NCBI GenBank assembly: GCA_965649825.1
Contig: OZ287701.1
Span: forward strand, 113,101-177,100
DNA length: 64,000 nucleotides
Reading direction: 5' to 3'
From: Penicillus capitatus
Taxonomy: Eukaryota; Plantae; Chlorophyta
Positions 57,270 to 64,000 of the stretch are shown one piece after another. Positions within the stretch are counted from its first letter, which is position 1; each line of letters starts with the position of its first letter. The translations under genes and the position numbers were made by a program. Below the pieces are notes generated by a model, which was not told the DNA's origin, did not search any database, and was given only the letters and a program-made list of their open reading frames with translations.

Positions 57270-59544
57270 ATGTTTATTGCCGATAAAACTACGATATATT
57301 CGAAATTCGCGGCACGCGTTGTGCTGCTGTCGCTTATCCTTCTCTGTGCCTGTTACGGCCAGAAGACGGATGGGGACGACCAGCTGACGAAATTCATCAA
57401 ATCCCAGGAAGAAATCGTCGAGCGCCTCGCTCGGTTGGCGACTGAGTGGCACACTGACAGAATTCGTTCCGTTCGCGACTGCGAGTGCTCGAGGCATGCC
57501 TGCTCAAACGATTTTGCGAACGTTGAGTGTGTCACGAGCTTTGGCGGACTTGAAATGTGCAAATCGGAAGGCCGTCGCATTGACTACAACCGCTCCGTCT
57601 TTCGAACACCGAGAGCCATACATCCGGAGCATCTGAGTGACAGTCTCAAGGAGAGCATCTGCATCTACAGAAAGCTGGACGACGCTGCCAGAGAGTACGG
57701 CTCAGAGGAGCTCGGCTGGTTCTTCGTCGGTAGACACAGCTCGCCTCTCGTTCTCTTCTCTGCAGTGGACGATTGTAGGAACACGGGACGGTCATTTCCG
57801 GAACTTTCCTGGAGCGGCGGAAGAGCGAGGGTTGGAAAACGGAGAGGACCTGTGGAATCAGTGCAGACCCTACGACCCCCGAATCCGTCCGTGGTTCATC
57901 GGTGCGAGCACGGGACCGAAGGACATCGTATTGGTCGTGGACAAGTCTGCATCCATGTCGAATCGCATCGGGGATGAGAACAGGACAAAGTGGGATCTGG
58001 TTCTGGATGCCGTCGGCGACATCATCGACACGTTCACGTTCGCCGACTACGTCGCTATCGTCACCTTCTCGAACGAGGCCAGCACCGTCCCGAAGGGATC
58101 CGATCTCCTGAGAGGGAGGGCAGAAAATCTGTCACTGCTGAAAGAGGCGTTGCTCGAAGAGGCCCCGTCCGGCGAAACGAAGAATTTTACTGCTGCGTTC
58201 GAGAAGGCGTTCTCTCTGCTGTGGGAAGGATGCGACAACGAGCCGGCGCAGTGCTCGAACTGCGAGAAGATCATTCTCTTCCTGACGGATGGGTCTTCCG
58301 GAGAGGACGGGGAGAGCATCAAGCCTTCCGAAATGGCGACCACCATCCAGGAACTGCAGGAGAAGCTTAGCAAAGAGACCGATAGGCGTGCACTCATCTT
58401 CACCTATTCGATGTCGGACGAGGCCGATGACTTGATTCCCAGGCAGATCGCGTGTAGCAACGGTGGCGCCTGGGCCTTCATCGGACCCGAGACGAACACA
58501 CTGGACGCTCTCAATTCCTACTATCTCTTCGTGGCCGCAGGGAGACGCACCGAAGTGCCTTTCTGGATCGAACCGTACGAAGATGCCGGTGGCATGGGAC
58601 TCATCACCACCGTCGCCGTGCCATTCTATGCCCGCGGGACAAGAGACGTGCCGGACGTGTTCTTGGGAGTGGTCGGACACGACGTGCCACTGTGGGAGTT
58701 GGAGTTCGAGGGTGTGACGCAGGATAAAGTCTTCGCCGCCATCTTCAACCGAGCACAGCGTTGCACCCTCACGGACGCCATCACCCCATGTGCATTGCAG
58801 GTATTCCGCAACGCCTACGACAGAAGGGCATTGTGCCCCGATCCCATTCCGATCCTCTCCAACGCGTCGTCGCCGAAGGCCAAATCGCAGGAATCGGACA
58901 TCCAGTGCCACGCGTTTAGAGACAAGTACTACTGGCGATCGGTCGCGGAGGTCAAGTGGAGAAAGGCCGCGTCGAGATGCGAAGACAGGGGTGGCCAGCT
59001 CGCGGATGTCGAAGACAAAGAAGAGCTTGCCTTTCTGGCGAACCTGGCCTCGAACGATGGGACGTGGATCGGTGCCAAGCGAAGCAAGACCAGAGGCTTC
59101 GCCTGGCGCAACAAATCCCGGTCGAAGCTGCCAAAAGACTCGGAGTACTGGGGAGTGCAGGAGCCCGTCTCCGTCCTCGGCACAGAGAACTGCGTCGCCA
59201 TCGACAGCCGGGGCGTCACTGCGAATTTGAAGGCGATGCCGTGCAATCGTCGCGCCACCTACATATGCAAATTCGAGACCGATTCCCCCTGTCCTGCCGG
59301 CGTTGCTGACGCAGCGAAGAGAGGATTCCTCAACGTACCTCCTCTGAGCAAGTGCGTGGACGAGATCGAGGCCCTAGACGAGACCCGACCTGTGAAAGAC
59401 GTCAAGCAGCTGACCGTGGAGGACGTCATGTGCGACCTCGGAGAGGAACGGACCAGCGAAGAGCTGCTCTGCTGTGACGACAACGTCGAAAAAGAGGTCT
59501 CCTGCAAGAAGGGGAGACGGTCGTCCTCCGAAAAGAAATGCTAG
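57270..59544 (+). CDS. alpha2delta-like Cache-vWA + C-type lectin protein, paralogue 2 (no TM in the simplest model)
   Basis: Signal-like N-terminus; YDPRIRPWF, VVDKSASM, LFLTDG, WIEPYEDA, GHDV, WRKAASRC..GGQLA..WIGA..CVAID..C..YICK; intron at the same position as in paralogue 1. Confidence 0.88.
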
Positions 59545-61769
59545 CGAGGAACGTCGGTAGGAGTAACAGGAGGACTCTGCAAACGCTGCCCAGACGGTGG
59601 ACTGCAGACGTCACTGTGTGTGGCAGCAGCTGGGGGAAATCAAATACTTTGCATCGAATGTTGTGAAGCCTACAGGAGTTTCGTTATCGTAGTCCCTTCC
59701 ATGGCCGTGTCCTTTCTCGAATCTCTGCGTTTATGGTCTATGCTTGTCTGTCATTGCCATGTGTATCTTCCCATACACCTCGGAATGGTTGTTTCATTTA
59801 ACTGTTTGTCGAACTAAACAAGTTCTTAAACGTATCTAGAGTATCGGGCTGCAACGCGAACGACAGTGTCTTCAGGTAGCCGATGTCGTGAAGGGAACTC
59901 TGCTAATCTCTGCCCTTCATTTCGGCAGCAAATGCCGTAGCGATACCGGAGAACGCGAATGAAGGTAGAGCGACTCTTCGTTCCCCTCCTCGATCTCTTG
60001 ACAGTCCAAGGCCATTGTTTCCTTGTCATACGACACTCTGGAGAAAGTGGTGGACTACGTGTTCGTTCGTTTGTCGCCGGCGAATCGCAGAGAACCAGAG
60101 GTTCATTGGGCGTTGTGTGAACCAGAATCGTTTTGTTTGTAAACTGCAGCTCAATGCGGTTATCGTCAATTTCTGCATGAACACGAAGGTAGAGGCTCCT
60201 TGTGTGCACAAGTCCAGTTAGCTCCTCTCTGTCCTGCGATCTCAAGGTGAGCGTCGATACAGAAACTGTCGAAGTGACAGAACGGGTATGCTTTCTCTGC
60301 CCCAAGGCAATCTGCAGCAGCAAGATCCGTCAACGAAAAATCCAAGATCTACGTTCCCTTCCGTCGGGATCCTTTGAGTATGACTTGGAAGACATTCACG
60401 CACAATAGTTATGGTGCATTGAAAGAAATTGATCTGCAGACTTTGTATTGCTTACGACTCAGCAAGTCTGCACATTCTCCTTGAAGGCTTCATATCATTA
60501 TTCAATTTGGATGCTTTCATTCTCTCTCCGTAGCACGCCTGACCTTCGACAGTATATTACCGAAGATTTCGTCTCTCGGTCAACATCTCGATTAGACCCA
60601 GATGATGTGCTCCATATGAGTTATCCTTTAATGCTGTGTGCGTACTCCTGCATTTGTATCAATACACGGATAGCGACGCGGCCATAAGTTGCGAGTTAAA
60701 AATCGATCTAACATAAAGCAATGCCAAAGCGACCGTACCATCATAACACCATCTTTGCATGGGTGCTTGGATAGTGGCGATACACCTCATCCCGATTCTT
60801 GTCCGTCTATCTGACAGACATGACCGATCGGTCATCTTGCTACATCGAGCAGAGGTTTCGCGGTCTTCTTCGTGGCAGTGCTGTTTGTCATTCCGTCCAC
60901 TGCATCAAATTCCGCCCGACAAGCTAACGCCAGATGTGCGAAGTTTTTTTATCGACCTCTAAACAATCGATGAGTACTAGCGCCGGCAAAGAAATTCAAA
61001 GTTATGTGCAATGACAAAAAGTCGATCATCACCTTGTCGATCACCCTAAGAGACAGCACGTCTCCATAATACAGCCCAATTTTGACGAGCAATAGCATTC
61101 CGTGACCTGCATAACAAAATGTTGTCCAACAAGTGAGTATCGACCAGAGTTAGAAGCCATGGGTATCTCGTTCAGGCGACGGTTGGAAGATCGACAATGT
61201 TTCATAGAACGATACGAAAGAATGAGACGAGTGTTGTAACTCCATCGTAGTGTGGGACCGCGAGAGTCGCATCGATGGCAGAGGAGAATGAAGCGACGTC
61301 TATGCCAGCGAGGTAACATCTGATGCCCGATAATGCATTGAAAAGACGTCGCGGTGAAGAACAGACGCTATCATTGTACTCTCCTTGTAAACTATTGCTG
61401 TTTGACAATCCAGTCGTCTTGGAGTCTGATTACGACCGATATAAGCGTGTTTGTCCAAAAGACTTTGTCATTTCTTCCTCGCTCGAGCCTCTGTTCGTTT
61501 TCTTTGCGATTCATATTCAATGGTCGCCTTTACAGCGTGCGTGCGCGCGCGAATCGCAAACCATGTTCGCCATCTGTCGCATCTTAAGCGTTGTATGAAC
61601 AATGACCTCTTTCTTGTACAGCGTGTGATTGCGTTCTGTTTTTGAAAAGAACACTACAGGTTTTCTCGTGATTGACGCGACGTTGGCTCAGAGATGAACA
61701 CTTCTACCACTCCACTTCTCTTTCTTGTCGACGTCTGCCCCGAAGCGGGAATGATTACATAAGGGTCTG

Positions 61770-64000
61770 TTTTCTGGATTTCTGCAAAGACGCGCGACTC
61801 TTATCCAATTGCCTTCTGCCTTCAAGTTTCATAGGTTATATCCGCAACGGCTGACGTTCGTCTTCAACGCAGTTCGACGGTATTGCCTCGTACAATGGAT
61901 GGCCGACTCGAATACTCCCAAATTGTCACGTCGCACAAGGACGGTGGTTCCGTTGAGGTCCATCATACCAAACGCAACACCTTGGCCAAATGACGTTTCT
62001 GTTCAGTTTCTGCTAAACAATGTACAGCGATGGAGGCATGAAGATCTCTTCCATAGCGAGATTTTCGTCATTCACGGGCTCAAGTGGTAAAACATGTGTG
62101 GCGTTCTCCCCCCGGATGAATGCGTGTTCGACAGGAGAGTGGTTTTCTGTCGTACCTTTCCTCCAGAAGGTGGCCGCGAAAGATTTGCCGTACAGCTCCT
62201 CTATTGCAATGCGAAGACGATCACGTTCAATGTCTCCATATCATTCCGCAACCAGTCGAGTCCGGGCAAGACCTTCGTACAGCCAAGTGTGGTGCCCAGT
62301 GATGCCGTCATTATTCGACCATCGGGTTTCTGCATCTTAGTCAGGTTTTGTCGGACCATTCCTTTCTGCTCTGCGTGGTTCATCGATGACTACCCAGACT
62401 ACGAAACCATCCTCAGTCCCACAGCTGGCTTCGTAGTCGACAACACTCTTGTCGTGGGAATCCTTCTGTCCCACATCAAGGATGTCAGTGCAAGAGCAGG
62501 ATCTTCCACCATAGGAGACGACATGGGCCTCATCTCTGTGGAAATTCTCTCCGAAGACAGCATACGTAAGAACATGAAAGAGGGATGCCCGTTTGGTCTC
62601 GCTTCTGTCAAGAGAAGACGACATCACAATATCAAACGCAATTCGGTTGTTGGCAACTTCACGGTGCTGTTAAGACTATCAGACCTCAAATCACTCTCTG
62701 TTCTTGGTGTATCCAGATGCCAAACAGCCGCCTGTGGCTGTGCGAACGTACAGCACGAGGTGTTGTCCTGCTGCAGGGCTTGTACAATATGCCAGTCGGT
62801 ACAAAATTCGGTGACCTTCGTACAAAAGACATGTCCAGGGAGCAACCGTGGCTGACTTTGTTTCAAGAACGTCGGCTTCCCGACGAATACTTTCCCCATA
62901 TTTCAGACAACGATGTCATTGTTTTCTGCAAGCTTTATGATCCGGAAGAGAGCACGTTGACGTATGTGGGATTTCTGCAGATTTCCAGGTCAAAGAGATG
63001 TCTAGATTTCATCGCCAGAGTCGCCGATCTGGCAGAGGTCCCTGTCGGCATTGGATTCGATGTCTACATCGAGGAAGGCGATCTCGGCGTTCGACATCTC
63101 TCGAATCTCTATTCCTCTGTCCTCGATGTGCGTAATTAACACGGAACACCTCATCCATTCCGTTGATCGCTGTCTGTAGACCGGTATTGTTTCTGGATCA
63201 GTGGTTGTCTTACGTCCGAGATTTGACGGACAGGACGTCTCTGAAGAGACCGTCCGAAATGAACTGAAATCGCTGTACTTAGACAGACTCGAGGTCTCTA
63301 GCAGAGCGGAACAGAAAAGGGTGAGAGAAGATTCACAGACTCGAGTATCTCAGGTACGGATTGTCAGCCCATAACTGTTTCAATGATCTCTGTCTTCTGC
63401 ATGGCAAGGTTAACGAGAATGACATGTGTGTTGTCTGCTTGGACGCCCCACAGACCTCTGGATTTCTGCATGGAACAACGTACGATCCTGTCATCTGCAT
63501 CCTATCTCTCTATGCCACTGTTATTGTGTTCTCAGTTCCCATCGTTGCGTCTGTGAACCCTGTGCTCTGAAGATCTCACAGCAAGCGCAGCCGCGATGTC
63601 CCATTTGTCGCGCTGTCGTTCAGCACACCATCTTTAAGATGTTCTAGCAGTTCTGCTTTTAACGTATTTTCTTCTTTGTAACAACGATCGCGGTGTGTGC
63701 TTTGTGTGCATATTCTCATAGATAAAGAGCCTGTTTGACTTCGCATGAATCGTTTGGAAAGATCTGCTGAGACAGCTGCGACAAGTCCATGACCGACCTT
63801 TATGCGCGAGTGGCCTGTTAGTGTGTCCTTTTCATTTTTCTTTCGCTATCCGTAAACTCCCTTTCTCTTCGTTAATGCGAAGCTTTTTGTACATGTGATT
63901 GGTTTCGAGAGAGGTCATCTAATCACTTTCCGATTCGTAGCGGGATCGGTTATCACCGCATTAACGCGTTGCACAGTTTCGACACCGAACGTCGAGCAAG
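61770..64000 (+). repeat. direct segmental duplication of ~4750-7990 (minus the TRIM), running off the window end
   Basis: The 5' flank, coding exons, introns and 3' intergenic sequence (GTGATTGGTT..ATCACTTTCCGAT..GATCGGTTATC..ATTAACGC) all align with the left-hand locus. Confidence 0.88.
61895..63647 (+). CDS. MATH/TRAF + USP7-like UBL + MDM2-type RING protein, copy 3 (intact counterpart of copy 1)
   Basis: Same 8-exon structure as 4875-7628, uninterrupted at the TRIM site (CNAKTITF); ends ...CPICRAVVQHTIFKMF*. Confidence 0.87.

Noticed and set aside
1-64000. tRNA, rRNA, snRNA or telomeric repeats
   Set aside because: No cloverleaf with A/B boxes, rRNA signature or telomere array was found by eye. 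GGTTCGA-like hits fall inside coding sequence or the TRIM. A tRNAscan-SE/Infernal run would be needed to exclude them.

Overview
Eukaryotic nuclear DNA, most likely a green alga (Chlorophyta). It uses the standard genetic code, has many ~40-65 nt spliceosomal introns, and carries several genes with N-terminal extensions typical of plastid targeting (LL-DAP aminotransferase, plastid-type dihydrolipoamide dehydrogenase, chorismate mutase, BCAT, rhodanese), plus UROD. The centre (~10-21.8 kb and ~26.4-52.6 kb) is an extremely compact housekeeping block, often with only 0-90 nt between genes. It includes three ~1000-1100 aa helical-repeat proteins with a 39-aa period. The flanks (1-10 kb, 21.8-26 kb, 52.6-64 kb) hold duplicated recognition/ubiquitin-type genes. 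These are (i) a 2.9-kb inverted duplication carrying a secreted Cys-rich SPRY-like gene with a hypervariable core, (ii) three MATH + USP7-like UBL + MDM2-type RING genes, and (iii) a divergent pair of alpha2delta-like Cache-vWA proteins fused to a C-type lectin domain. One MATH gene is interrupted by a very young 995-bp miniature LTR element (TRIM) whose ends plus target duplication form a frame-preserving GT-AG intron. Other genome-level oddities: frequent GC-AG introns, two over-represented intronic motifs found in both orientations, two genes whose start codons overlap in one CATG palindrome, and a candidate tricistronic run. All gene models and alignments were made by eye; no database search was run. 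No rRNA, tRNA or CRISPR array was recognised.
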